From assembly GCA_964016885.1 (NCBI GenBank), contig OZ024742.1:98890001-98954000 (forward strand): 64,000 bases of DNA, read 5' to 3'. Origin of the DNA: Eledone cirrhosa (lineage: Eukaryota). The position numbers were made by a program, and so were the translations under genes. Below are positions 24,580-42,319 of this stretch, piece after piece; the first letter of the stretch is position 1, and each line of letters opens with the position of its first letter. The notes under the pieces were generated by a model that saw nothing but the letters and a program-made list of their open reading frames with translations, did no database searches and was not told the origin of the DNA.

Positions 24580-27179
24580 AATATCCATAGTGAAAGAGAG
24601 ATAGATATGTATGTATATAGATATATAGATATACATGCATACAAACATATTAGTATATTTATGTATTTATGTACTTATAAATGTGTAAACACATATTATC
24701 AAGTAGTACAGATATATACTTAACTACGTTAACGTGTATTTTTTTAAATTATACATTCCTAAGTGTTTGTATACACGCATACAACAGGCCAAATCGCAAA
24801 AAAATATATACACCTATTTAGACATATACACACTCAAATTTGAGATACAAGCATGCGTAAATGAACTTTATTGAAATTGATAGAAAAGAAAAAATATATG
24901 AACGTTGATGAATAAAATTCAAATTTATTACATGTTATGCAAAGAGATTCTCCTTCAGTCAGTTTGCTATTCAAAAGAATGACAAATGAATGAAGCCTTG
25001 TTCATTCATTGTATGCTGAAAATAAGATCATTTGATAAAGCCTGAACTCATTTAGTCGATGAAATAAATAAACATAAGCTAGAAATTAAAAATAGCGAAG
25101 GATTGTTTTCAAAAATTCTGAATCTGTCTTACGGATGGCTAAAACTAACAATTCAAAATAATTCTATTTGAAGTATTTGAATAACATGTCATATATTTTG
25201 GATAATCCATTTTCTCCGTCTTTTTTGTTTCAATTTTATTGCTATTTTGTAAAGATATTTGTTGTGGTTTAATATTCTTTCAAAGTATTTCATTATCTGG
25301 CAACGGCCATTTTTCCTTTTTTCTGTTTTATTGATGGAAACGGAATGTAAGCTTAATGCCGTAGTCTTGCACAATTGATTTAGTTGAATGGTGGTGAATT
25401 TATATATACATTGCACTTTTATTATTGTGTCTGAGAAAGAATGATGTTGCCCATACACTGTGAAACAAGCAAGCATTTTATCACCGAAATGTTCTTCGAA
25501 ATTTGTAGCTATAGCTACAGATTTATGGTATTAAATGGACGAAAAATAAATCACACATTGAACAGAACTCCAAGTTATTACAGATTTGATTTCTACAACT
25601 ATATCCTGTATTAAACTCCTAGGTTATCTTTGACGTGGTGAATACCTTTTTAATATCATTAATTTTAGCAAACGCTGATTAGCTTTGGTGCTGAACATAT
25701 GAAATATTTTTATAAAATGTCTTTGAGTTATTTCTAATTTCATTAATTTAATATGCTAGTTGTAAAAATAGCAAGGCTTTATGCTTGATTAGTTGAATCT
25801 CTCTTCAGATGGCACAACACCCCTATCTAGAAATACATTGTAGCCACAACATGAATATCATTTAATGTTTCCACTCTCAAAATGGGAAGTAGTTTTTTTT
25901 TTTTCTTTCTATGTTGTTAAACCCATTCATAGGTATAAATATATATTTAGGAATTTTCCCAAACATAACTATTATCCTATTTATGTATCGTTTGATAATT
26001 CGAACAAGGTTTATCCACAAATGCTGCTGCTACATAACTTTTCAGCTGAGTTGACGGGAACAACGTGAAATGAAATCCGTGATCGCGGACAGAACTCATC
26101 ATCCGCCCTGGTAATGGCACACAACCATATCTTAGCGTGTCTAATACACTAAGCATTAAATTAAATTGTTCACTTTCTACAAACGCTGTATAACAGGGTA
26201 CCATTGAATGTTAACAATTGACAACAGTATATGAAAAAATATCCCATGCAAATTATGTAATAATAAATTTCCATATCAAAATATAAAACAGTTTTAGGTT
26301 GCTTAAAAAAGAGTTTATGGGTATATACAGCACCAACTATAACGCAGCTAATTTTACAATCAATTACACATCATTATAAGGGATATTTCACTACTGTATA
26401 AATATGTGTTTGGATTAAGCACAAAAGTTTGAATAATAATGGTTTCCGATTAATACACAACGCCAATAATATATAGTCTCGCTGAGAAAATAGATCAAAT
26501 CGCCTTCAGTAATTAAGAGTTACTTTATTTTATTTTAGCGCAGAAGCATGAATTCTAAAGTTTGATTCGGTTGTGTTTGAAACATACACTAATATATGCA
26601 GATCGTAATATAAATGTTACAAGACAATTGTAAGCATCAATCTGACTTTTTATCGTGTTACAGGTGATGAACTACAACTTTTAATATACCAGTAAAACAT
26701 TTATATATATAAGATAATTAGGAAAAGAAATATGGTAGCCACTGTAATGAAATGTGTCATGCATTCATCTGCAGTGCGACAAATACGTAACATTTGTTGA
26801 TTGGGAGTAATTGCTATTTAACTGCTAAGTACTCGGGCTCGTATTATATATACTTTTGTATATGTAAAATAGTTATGTATATTTTAGCAATGTTGAGCGT
26901 CAAATCTACTATTGGTGATGGATTTATGAATAATTTGCTTTAACTGATCTGTTAAATGTTCATGCTCTCATTTACATAATAGCTATTTTCCTGGTTCGAT
27001 CGCTCAAATTAAGACACAAATGTTCATTTTTGTTTCAAAACGTATCTCAATAAGAACGACGAATGGCTGAAATTAATTCAGTAACCTAAATATGTGGAGA
27101 CAGTAGTGTTACAATATATAAAGATGTTGCGTTAAAACGGATATTCCTTCAGACCGGATCAATGAATATATGTTCCCAT

Positions 27180-27725
27180 TGTTGGCAGTATCAGTAGAGG
27201 GTCGGACGCCATGCTTTCACGCAAAGAGTTACGGCCCTTGCCATTCTGAGTTCAAATCCCGCCGAGGTTAACTTTGCCTTTCATCCTTACGGGGTCGATA
27301 AAATAAAGTACCAGTAATGCACTGGGTAATTTCTGGCCTTGTGCCAAAAAGTAGAAACAATTATTGATATTATATCTGCCAGTCGGAATTCTGGCAGAGG
27401 CGTCACTGTAATCAGGATATGAAATCAAAATGAACAGAACCGGAAGAGACATAGCAAAGCATCGCTTCCGGATTCTTAAATCTTCCGCCACTCTACCACA
27501 TTTGGGTTGGTGCTTTGTTTTTGAACCCGAAATGAAGAAGACAAAATTCATCTCAACTGAATTTGTACTCAGAGGGCAGAGAATCGGAACGAAAAGCAAC
27601 TTATTTAATCCGACATTCTAACAACAATGCCAAATAATAAAACACCGAAATTTAAATAATAATAATTGTTTCTACTTTTGGCACAAGGCCAGCAATTATC
27701 CCAGTGTATTACTGGTACTTTATTT
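27180..27725. mobile_element. OK-like SINE copies (plus strand 27180-27365; minus-strand remnants to ~27725)
   Basis: ttggcagtatc..taga.g.tcggacgccatgc...ctgagttcaaatcccgccgaggttaactttgcctttcatcc...aaaataaagtaccagt with a B-box-like GTTCAAAT. Confidence 0.7.
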
Positions 27726-30088
27726 AAGTAATAATAATATAAGGATAAATGCATAGACTAATGCAAATTGCATATATACTCACACATATAAATACATAAT
27801 CGAATAGTAAGATATCGATAGCAGATAGCATTGGGCTAAAACTGACATATAGTCATTATCATTCTCACATATAGAATATACACAATCATAGAGAGAGGCA
27901 TAGACACACACAAAAACAAAGGCGCGTGCACACATCCAAACTGATTACACGAAGAACAAGCATAGCAATCCTCTTTGAATTGAAAAACGTATATCATCAA
28001 ATAAAGATTCAACAGCAGTAAAGACAACAACAGAAAACTAAACAGATGATGGATGCACTCTAATACACAATTGTTCTATTTTGCAATAGATATCTCAATT
28101 TTAAGCAAAGAAAAATTCTTTCACACAAAGTAACGTAACATAAGGCAGCAAGCAGGGATACACATGCAATAAATAAACAGATTTATTGAATTCTGCCAAA
28201 ACAAAAGCTATTTTTTTCAATGTAAGGGAATTTTATGTTCCTTTTTGTTATTTATTTCTATTCGGAAAGGAGTTACTTCTCCTTCCATTTCACTGAGATT
28301 TGTATTCAAATTGTCTCAGGAACAATGCAACAGCAATCCAGAAATCCATCATAAGCGACACTACTAACACCACACACCGCATTTTCCTATGGCCAAAACA
28401 AAAACTAACAAAAATGAAGTCCGAAGAACTGAAATTTGATTGAAATTTCCTCCTTTGTTCCTCTAAAATTATTTTCTGAAATCAAATTCTTCGTAATTTT
28501 TCCTCTTTTCTTTGTGTTGTTATATTTTTACCTTTACAATTTATAAAGTTTCGTGTTTTTTTATTTCCCTTCATTGTTGTATTGTTGTTATTGCACGTTG
28601 CTACTGTTGCTATGTTATCTTGTAGGTTGATGTAAGAAGTTGCTGTTGGTGTTATTCTTATTCGTGTTATTATATTTCTAGTTCTTCTGCATTGTTGCTT
28701 TTGGTATTGTTGTTGGGTTGATGTAGTATATTTTTATTATTATTATTAATAATAATTTTATTATTTCCAGTTTTTCAGAATGTCGGTGGTTTTGTTGTAG
28801 GTTATCGTTTTGTTTCCTTTCTTATTGTTTTTGCCGATAAAGATGTTTTTGTTTTCTAATTGCGGTTGTTTTAAATTGGTGATGTTGATGCTGTGTTGTG
28901 TTTCTATTTCTTTACATTTAAAATAGTCACAACTACCAGCAACAACCCTCACCACCACAACCACTATCAAGGATCACCACAACCTCCACTAACCACCACC
29001 ACAACCAGCACCACAACCAGCACCAAACACCACCACAACCAGTACCAACCACCGCCACCACAACCACAAACAGCACCAACCACCAACCACCAACACAACC
29101 TCCACCAACCACAACCACAACCAGCACCAACCACCATCACTAACAACAACGCAAAATTTCAAAATAAAAAGAATATGGAATGAAAACAATATATCGAAAA
29201 GAAAGCGGAAGGCAAAAATGAACAATGGCGTTTATTTTAACTTCCATCGTTAATTAGCATTGTCTTTCAAATGTCTTTTGCTCTAGAGTATTTTTTATAT
29301 AGTTTCTATCCACTATCCATAGCGCCAAGCCTCACCTTGTTTCACCTTCTATAGCGCCCACACTCTCATCGATTTCGTCCTATGGTGCCAAATCTCCCAC
29401 TAACTTCCAACTTCTTTAGTTCCAGTTCTCCAACCAAGTTCTACCATCCATAGTTCCATCTTTCCCACCATCTTCTACCTTCTATCATTCCAACCCTCCC
29501 CACATGTTCCACCTACCACTGCAAACTCAGCCACGTTCTTCTTCCCTCTACACAGCCAGCACCCCTCTCTTTTTCCAGCTTCGATACCACTAACTCAGCC
29601 AGTTTGTTTCAGCTTTCATATGGCAAGCTCTTCCATCTTCTTTCACCTTCCATACAGTTATCTCTGCCACCTTCTTTCCACCTCCTATATTGCAAACTCT
29701 CTTATCTTCCTCCGCATTCCACAGCACCAATACTTGCACTGTCGGCGTCTTGTGTTTTTGTTTTGACTTTGGAGTGAATTTTAGGAATTTATTTGTTTGT
29801 TGCTCATACTTTTTCTTGTTTGTGGCTTTGTTTTAATGATTTCATCTCAATTAAATTATTGTGTTTAATAAAATCTATTTTCTCATTTTGGTTTGTTTTC
29901 TCTGCATGAACATGTTTGTATTTTCTGCATTTTTACAAGTGTATCTGAACATGTTTCTATTGTGTGGGTATTTATGCATAACTGTATCTATAAATGTACT
30001 TAAGTAAGTGTATACATAAATGCATATATATTTTATTTCTGTCTCTCTCTCTGTATCTCTCTCTCTCTCCCCTCTCACTCTCTCTCTC

Positions 30089-30119
<31 letters not shown>

Positions 30120-30639
30120 TTCTCTGATTACTTACACAGATTTATGTGTGAATATTTTAAAGTTTTGTCTTTGCCTAGATGAATATGTGCATATGTGTTT
30201 CATTACAATTATATATATGCATGTACAGTTACGTTTTGTGTTTTTCTGTATGTGTAAAGTGGCGGCGGCGTATGTACTTGTGTGTGTATCGACCCATGCA
30301 GGTGAAAACATACATCTTCTTTGTGGATATGCCGATACCGCTGTATGTTCACAGAAGTATGTGCAGTTCATATGTGCGTGTGTGACTGCCTGTGCCTGCG
30401 TATTTGCATATCATCATGTACGAAAGAACACAGGTAAGCTACTTTTAAGGAAAAGTACATATATGTGGTTCTGTGATTGTGTGTGAGTGTGTGTATACTT
30501 ATGTATATATACATATATCATCATCATCATTTGTATGTAGAAGATAAACAGGGTGAAACGACGGGAAGAGCGTCAGAGATAAGAAACGTTTCCAGTCACG
30601 TGAAAGATCCATAAAATGTTGTGATAACTTCTGCTATAT

Positions 30640-30960
30640 GGGTGAAATAATTAGCAGCGGAGGAGGGTGCTCCGAGAATATAATAGCTAGAATAAGGATA
30701 GGATAGAAGTTTGGAGAGGTACTCCCACTGTTGACGACAAAATGTTTGTCCATACGTACAAAAGGACAGATGTATGAAGTCTATGTGTAAAGTGCAATAC
30801 TGCATGGTAGTGAAACATGATTAGTGACTACAGAGAACAAGAGTAGGCTGGAGAGAAACGAAACAACCATGTTTCTTTGGCTGTGCAATGTAAATGTGAG
30901 AAGACGGCAGGGTTTGGATGGACTGTGGTAGAAGTGGCTTGCAATAAAGTAGACGGCATG
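30640..30960 (+). mobile_element. RTE-like LINE remnant
   Basis: Translates to SAILHGSET*...RLERNE..M..WLCNV, typical of the post-RT region of RTE-clade elements. Confidence 0.55.
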
Positions 30961-32154
30961 TTTCATTAATAGTATTGTTTTCATTGATGGTATTGTAGAC
31001 GCAATACTTAAGAAGTGTGATTTACAATCATAAGAAACTGGGATCCATCCTACTACATGGCATCTTAAGCAGCTGCTATTTAACGTTGCTTTGTGTTGAC
31101 TCAAGCCGAGTGAGGGAAATTAAATAAATAAGTATTTGGAAGCTCAACAGATGATTGCTCCAGTAATGGAATGCTCACAATGTGTAACTATGAATCGTTC
31201 TGGAAATTAACTCAATGTCACACGTGTTTCATGAATATACTATAATACGAGCTTCGCCTGAAACGTTGATATGCTGAATATGAATGATTGACGCTAGAGC
31301 TGTGAAATATTGCATGCATTAATTTCTTCTTATTAATAACTGCATTGTTTCCTTCCATGGACTATTTTGAAAAATGAAACTCGTTTGGTCATTCCATTAA
31401 AATATCTTTGTCAGGCTATGAACGTTCCAGACGACCCACGTATAATATGATTTGTACGTGTCATTTAAATTGCAAGATTTGTCACACACAGTCACGCTGG
31501 AACTCCTCTAGAAATACTCTATGTGTACATGTCTGGTTGGTTTACTCTGCCAGCTATACGTTATTTCCAAGAAAAGACCGTTCTGTTTACCGAACAGCTC
31601 GAACACTCATCGTCGCTATCAATGGAGATCCATTCCTTTCTGGTGTAATAGCTAATGATGTTTTTAAGTTATTGATGTTATATATATGTATAGACCAGTA
31701 AATCCTGATGGTGTCGTAGGGGCACTATCATACCATTTTCTTGAGCATTTTAGGCCTTGGCGAAGCCCATCTTCTTGCCAGGTCTGAATACAGCAGATTT
31801 CCACCAAAGAACGAGTAAGAGTGAAAAGGAAGTGAGAAAGAGACACAGAAGAAGAATCGTCCGGCTATTAGAGTGGTATTTTGTCATGGACCCCGAAAGG
31901 ATGAAAAGTTGGGTTTGAACTCAGAGAGCAAGAGACGAAACGAATATCTCAAAGCCGTCAATCCAACGTACTAACGACTCTGCTATTTCACTTCCTATTA
32001 TCGTGGCTGACGTAGTTACTAATATTGTTTTTTGGTTTATGGATTATATTCGTATCTTATTTCGTCTATTGTGAACTCAGTAAACCGGAAATACCCTATC
32101 TCTTCTACTTACGAGAAAAAGAAACGTTTATATACATTGTACGCAGAATACATT

Positions 32155-32915
32155 GCTCTGATTATTTAATTTATTAATTCTTTATTGAGCCACAAAGTGA
32201 CCCGTTGCAAAACATATATATCTATGACATTATATATATATAGATGTAAACCTTTATATGTAATAATCTCCCGTTAGGTTGAGATAAAATTTTGGCTGTA
32301 TTGGGCTGCGCTTTCTAGCAAAAAGCCTACCAGCCGTAAGCAACTAATCACACCCTTTCTAACTTGACCGCTGCCACGTCACGATTCTTAGCCATTTTTG
32401 AATGTATTCTTGGCGCGATCACTTTGGAAAATTAATTGTCTAAATTTGAGCTAACTCGTGAAGAATCCGTAGCTCTAGATATCCAATATTATCGGATGTC
32501 TTAAAATGCGGACCAAACCATGGTAATTAAATGTGTACACTTTTCGTCTAGTTTATTTTACACCTAATTCTGTTTAGTTGACTGTATACCTGGTCGATTT
32601 ATACATGCTGCCGAAATATTCGATAAATAATCCGTCGTAACCGCCGCGAAGGGGCTGGTTTCGGTTATTTGTCGGAGATTTCTTCATAGGAGCCTTTATT
32701 CTTATAGCTTTGTCGAATTGATTTTTTATATGGTTAATTATGGTAATTGGGAGAGGAAACGGTATATATTTTATCTGGTGATTCTATAGACATGTTTTAT
32801 GATATATAGCTGTGATTATTTAATTTCTTAATTGTTCATTGAGCCACAAAGTGACCCGTTGCAAAACACATATATATCTATGACTTTATATATATAAATA
32901 TGTAAACCTTTATAT
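32155..32915. repeat. Direct repeat (~100 bp, period ~655 bp), pseudo-LTR-like
   Basis: tgattatttaattt...attgagccacaaagtgacccgttgcaaaaca...atgtaaacctttatat at ~32159 and ~32813. Confidence 0.75.
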
Positions 32916-32920
32916 ATATG

Positions 32921-33044
<124 letters not shown>

Positions 33045-33204
33045 GATAGATAGATATAGATATAGATATATATAACATATGTAATCAGAGTGTTTAGAAT
33101 ATTAATAATAACATTGGATTATATATATATATATATTTATATATTTATATATATATATATATATATATTGTTATACTTTGGGAGGGTCATGTTGCCAATA
33201 TCAG

Positions 33205-33811
33205 AAACGATATATAAACATGAGAAGAAAGAAGAATACTGCGTGGTTGCAAATGGGTTACATATGATAAAGATTGTCCTTCGTCAGTGACTTTCCAACC
33301 ATCATTGGTAATTCATCGCATTAAAAATCCGATACCTCAGGTTGGTGCGAGCAATAAGGAAAAAAAGTTATTGGGACCAGTAATTCGCGTAAAGCGAGGG
33401 GGACAAATAAACAACATAGAAGGATATAAGCAAACCGAAGATAGGAAAATAAACAAGCAACATGGTTGTCCGGTCAGCATAAGCTCGGTAGATTTCATGA
33501 GCGAGAGTTACAAACTGTCCGATGTGTGTGAGATGTAAGCAAGAAGAGACCCACTACAAGCCAAACGGGCGGAAGTGAGAAGGGGAGAAACAGAGAGTGA
33601 GTGAGTGGAAGTGTGAGGAAGAGGTCAGTCGAGAGAAAGTGTAACTGACGGAGGGGGCGAAAGAAGGTGAGAGAAACAGAGAGAGCGGGGAAGCAGTAAG
33701 AGAGAAACAGACAAACGCAGCCGAGGTAAATATATATAAAAAAACATGAGAAGAAAGAAGAATACTGCGTGGTTGCAAATGGGTTACATTTGATAAAATA
33801 GTCCTTCGTCA

Positions 33812-33875
<64 letters not shown>

Positions 33876-33881
33876 TGACGA
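33205..33881 (-). mobile_element. Diverged relative of the 17.5-23 kb array unit (one unit of ~525 bp plus a partial repeat)
   Basis: Direct repeat of ~33208-33290 at ~33731-33815. The reverse complement aligns without gaps to the ribozyme-like region of the array. A short inverted tcactgacga follows a (TA)n tract at ~33872. Confidence 0.8.
33247..33345 (-). ncRNA. Second-family copy of the reversed-order hammerhead/k-turn motif, probably decayed
   Basis: Minus strand: ccaacc-tga-ggta-TC|ggatttt-taa-tgcga-t-GAAt-tacc-aat-ga-t-ggttgg-aaagtca-CTGACGA-a...ttgca. Confidence 0.55.
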
Positions 33882-34318
33882 TATATATATATATATGGGG
33901 TGGGAGGAGGGCGCGGATACATATACAAACACACACGAATACATATTGTAGTTAATCTAAAAAAGACGACCTCCTTGATAAAAAAATCCCCTTCAGGTTT
34001 ATACAGCATTACGAGTGTATATATTGCTTTGTATGAAAGGTTGGAGTTTGACATTTTCATCCACTTAACTATTTTGGCCTTTTAATAACTTTTTTAACCA
34101 TTTCTTTTAATACTCATCGAAGTTGGAGTATGTGTTTGAGAATGCTTGCTTTTTTTTCATGTGTTTTTTTTTTTTTGCAATCTTCAAACGTTCCCAAGTC
34201 TCTGATACGGTCTGGCTGCGACTCTCTGTGCTCTCAGTTCCAACTCCTCTGCAGTCAATTTCGCCTTTCATTTTTCCGAAGGCGATACATAAAGAACCAA
34301 TCTTCTCGCTCTCTCTCT

Positions 34319-34376
<58 letters not shown>

Positions 34377-35541
34377 ACGAAATCAATGTTATTGAGTCCA
34401 CCAAATATACAATCCGCAAATCACGCCGTATTAAAAGGCGCTTCCTTACGACTCCATGTCAAGTAAAATACCCATAAATGGATGTGAGCGGTGTGTAAAA
34501 AGATTTCACAGAATTCCAGAATAGAAGACCTTCAGAGTTTGAATGCACGTGCAGTAGATTTTTCAATCAACAATTTCAACCATCATTTGGAGCGAATTTG
34601 GCTCTCGTCTCCCGAGTGTAACTGACTGTATATGTATGGGAATTTGAATCATCTCTTGGTCTGGATCCTCGAACTACCTCCCTACGAACATTGATTGGGA
34701 CAAAGTATCCCATCCCTACGAAGAAGCCTTGCCGGTTAAACTGTTGTTTGGCAGTCTATCTCTTCTCTATTCTTCGTAATAATGTATTCACTAATCAGTT
34801 CACCAGAACACCAGATAAAAGCACTACCAGTAATTTATCGGTTTAAATTCAATCTATTACACCGTCATTCCATATAATTATATGATCGTCTGCCAGTATG
34901 AAAAACTAGTATTTGTTTGTATACTTTTTGTAAAGACAGCGAGTCAATAAAACATTGGGGAGAAGGCTGACGGATGTGTGCGTCCTGAATTCAAATACCA
35001 CTAGCGTCAATGTTGCATTTCTTCCCTCTGGTTTCCTTTCTCACACTCATCTCTCATTTTTCTGGGCGAAATAGGCAATGATTGCTACCAACCCTGGGGA
35101 AGAGTTGGTTCTACCAGGTTTAAATGCCCAAGAAAGTCTGTATAACACGTCGGTGCCATTACGACTCGAACCGTAGTTCAGGACTAACTCATGTTAGCTA
35201 TGTCCTGTTATACATGTTATACATGTTTAATGCCATGTTATCCATGATCTAAGAAACAAATATAAAAAGCATTCCACCCATGAACATCAAGTTTGTTTGT
35301 ATGTCTGTGACTAAATTATACAATGTGCTCTTTGAGTGTTTGATAAAAAAGTGTAGTGTGTAATTTGAGACAAATTTGGTACAGAGAAATAGAGTGTGAG
35401 AAAGAGAATAAGTGCTTAATATAGAGCATGAAGAAAGCTAGATATAGAGAGATAGGAAAGGGTGAGGAGAGAGATGTGTGAATGAGAAACAGAGAAGCTA
35501 AAAATGAGGAGTCAGAAAGAGAGAGTGAATTGCTGAGAAGG

Positions 35542-35647
<106 letters not shown>

Positions 35648-36732
35648 ATAATATGAGAGAACGGAGAAAAAATAAACAATGAAAAAGAAGACAGAAAGGG
35701 GGGGGGGGGGAGCGGGTGGCGTCCAGAAAACATCTGCCAAATCTCATGTCGATAGAATAATAATTATGTCAGACACGAATGCCTGGAATCCCAGTTATTG
35801 GCAGCCACGATTAGTTATGACCGACTATGGTCAGCTATGGTCAGTTATCATAAATTATCATCAGTTATGACTAGTTATGGCCATTTACGGACAGATAATC
35901 TTTGCACAAGGATTTTATGGGTGTCTGTTGTCTTTATCGGGATTTCCTGAAATATCTCAATTCAGGAACATGATTAGTCGTAACTTTATCTCAATCTCCT
36001 GCCTTGACCACTTTGTTTAGATGACCATTTACAGCCATTAGCAGCACCAGAACCAGCCACATGCCTCCAGTACCAATACAACCATCACCTACACCATCAA
36101 CCACTAGTACTATCCACACTACTTCTACTACAACCAATAAAAACACTAATAAAAACCACCACCATCCCTACAACTTCCATCACAACTGCCATTACAGGAC
36201 GACGACCACCACCAACTCCACTAACCTAAATAATAATTAGAACAACATCACTGATACCACTACCTGCACCACCACCTCCATCACTACAAACATCATCATT
36301 AAAGCGGTGCGCGGTCAGCCGTTGTCTCCTGTCGATAACTGCTGTGGAGATTGAGGAATAGACGAGGTGTGACGCGATCCTTATGTTTAATTTCATAAGT
36401 GATTAATACTATTCTTGTTGGTGAATGTCGTGGTGCTGATGTTAGTAGAGAAGCTAGCTATCGTTCTGTTAATGACAACGATGATGGTGATGGTTGTTGA
36501 TGTTGTTGATATTTTTGTTGTTGTTGGTGGTGGTGATGGTGATGGTGATGGTGGTTTTGGTGGTCGTGGTGATGATGTTGTTGTGTGTGGTGGTGGTTGT
36601 GGTGGTGGTGGTGGTGGTGGTGGTGGTTGTGGTGGTGGCGTTGGTTGTCGTCGTCGTCGTGATTGTGACGGATGAGGAGTTGGTAATCGTGCTGTTGACG
36701 TTGTTTGTGGCTGGCCTGTAATAGAGATGGGA

Positions 36733-36804
36733 AAAGAAGAAGAAGAAGAAGAAGAAGAAGAAGAAGAAGAAGAAGAAGAAGAAGAAGAAGAAGAAGAAGA
36801 AGAA
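36733..36804. repeat. (GAA)n microsatellite next to (GGT)n/(ACC)n low-complexity DNA
   Basis: Directly visible. Confidence 0.9.
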
Positions 36805-38110
36805 GGATGAGGAGGGGAGGACTAGGAAGAGTAGGAAGAGTTGGATGTGATAAAGAGGTGAAAGATAGAAGAAAAAGGGAGCAAGCAAATAAAAAAGAAC
36901 AAAGAAGAAAGTAAAATGAAATGAAAACAAATTGAAGTGCAAAACAGATATAACAACAAATACCAACACCTACAACAGTTACACCAGAACTATTTCCACC
37001 TAGAGCATCAACACAGCATCTGCCACCAATACAAATACAAAATTACAACAAAGCTACTAAGAGTTTCGACTGAAACGTTCATAGAACGAAAAGTTGACAA
37101 GCTGACCAAGATACACACATGCAATGACCAAATGATGTTTATATTTCAACATAGTCCCTGGAATACTTGAAATTAATGCAAGAATTATTTCCCATGTCTA
37201 GTATCACTACTTCATAATCAGCCTTTGAATTTTTCAGTCGACTCTCGTACTTCACAACCAGCAACAACACTACCACCACAATCCAGATCAACAAAACTAC
37301 CACCACGAGCAACAACACGACCAACAAGAACATCATTAAGAAAATTATCATCGCCACCATCAATAATAATAACACTCCCACCAGCAACAACAAGGTTAAC
37401 GCAAAAAGTCATTCAATGCGTGTTCATTAAGTGTTCAGTTCCAATGATAGATTGAAGTATTAAATGCTGGTATTGACATGAATCAGACTTCTTGAGTATG
37501 TTGTTAACTTCCTGTCTTTAAGTAAGTGAGAAAACAGGCGGGAAGAATAATCTAAACTGATTTCCATCTTTATTTGGTGCTTAATATGACAGTAGAGTGA
37601 TAGAGTGTGTGAACTCTAAGACCTTATATACTAATTCTCTTTTGATGATATAGCTGGTTTCCACGCTACATTTGTATGCGGATATCATACCATGTCGTCT
37701 AAATATATATATATATATATGCTATATCCCCCCTTCTCTCTTTCTCTACATATATCTTTATTTTTATCAATATTATATTTATTTTAATGTGATAGGTTGA
37801 TTTCGTAACGTTGCCGGTTATACATTTAACTATATCTTCGTTCCTTCTTTCTTTCTTTCTCTCTCATTTCCATTTGTCTCCCTTCCTTCCTTTATTTAGT
37901 TATCATTAACAATATTATCGATGTAGTAATTTGAATTTTTAAGTTTGCCGTTACGCCTATATATTTTATATTTCTTAATGGTTTCTGATGAAATGATTGA
38001 ACATAAATGTATTGTAAATTGAGTTATACTGTCTCCAGTATTTAGCAATTTATAGACAATTCTATCATGGAAACCCTTGTTTGTGCTGTCAACCATGTTA
38101 TTCTTAACTT

Positions 38111-38207
<97 letters not shown>

Positions 38208-38544
38208 TAGTAGCTAAGGTGCTTCCATAGGCGGTATGCTGGTTGAGCACTCTATGCTCTTATAGAGCTGAGTATGATATAATATAAAACGAAAAATCAG
38301 TGATGCATCTGAACTCAATTTATTTTGTGTTACAATTGTTTTGCCGACGGACAGCTCGAGACACGATCATTTTGTGGATCTGTCTAATCCTGATCTGCAG
38401 GTTCGACGCGAACACGTCTAATGATTTCGGAGCAAATTCTTTCACTTGGGTGTTAGCGTCAAAAACATCCTCTTCGCGCGTCCTTTTATTGGCTGCTGCT
38501 TTTCTACCACATCATAAATCTGACCAACAGGTGTGAATTCTACT

Positions 38545-41572
<3,028 letters not shown>

Positions 41573-41815
41573 GTGTGGTCTCATTTCAATTTATACTTTT
41601 AATTTTAATGTTGTTCCTATGCCTCTAGTAGCTTATATTCTCTTTACGCTGGTTGTTTGAAATTCCTGTAAAGAAAAACACACTCTTCTGTGTCTTTCCC
41701 CTCTATATATTGTATTTTAAAAGGCCAAGAAAACTCTTTCCTTTGAGCTCATTTAATTACAGGAGTATACGCCTGTAACTTTGCTCCGTTATTTTTACTT
41801 TTTATATATATATAT

Positions 41816-41866
<51 letters not shown>

Positions 41867-41952
41867 GTAGGAGGTGAGTTTTATTGTAGTACAATAAAGC
41901 AATGCAGATATCGGATAAGAAGCACTCTACAGTTTGTAGGACTGGAGTATAC

Positions 41953-42131
41953 ATAATATAAGATCAAAAGATGGTTAAAGGAGTTCCATGTATTTTATTA
42001 TGCGCATTTCAAAAACAAACATCATCATGCAATAATATTTGATGAAAACACAAATATTATTGCATGATGATGTTTGTTTTTGAAATGCGCATAATAAAAT
42101 ACATGGAACTCCTTTAACCATCTTTTGATCT

Positions 42132-42139
<8 letters not shown>
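41953..42139. repeat. Perfect inverted repeat, 89-bp arms, 9-nt spacer
   Basis: 41953-42041 is the reverse complement of 42051-42139, and it runs into (TA)n. Confidence 0.9.
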
Positions 42140-42188
<49 letters not shown>

Positions 42189-42319
42189 GATAAATCTACC
42201 AAGAGTTTACGGTAGTGTCCAATCCGTATGAAGAACTCAATGTATTCCGGATATCATGGAAAGAAGAGATGTAATGAAAAATCACTTTCGGTGAAAGATA
42301 AACGGTATACAGAGTCAAG

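Noticed and set aside
28930-29730. Pro/Thr/Gln-rich ORF and pyrimidine-rich quasi-repeats
   Set aside because: Degenerate (ACC)n and low-complexity DNA with no supportable gene structure.
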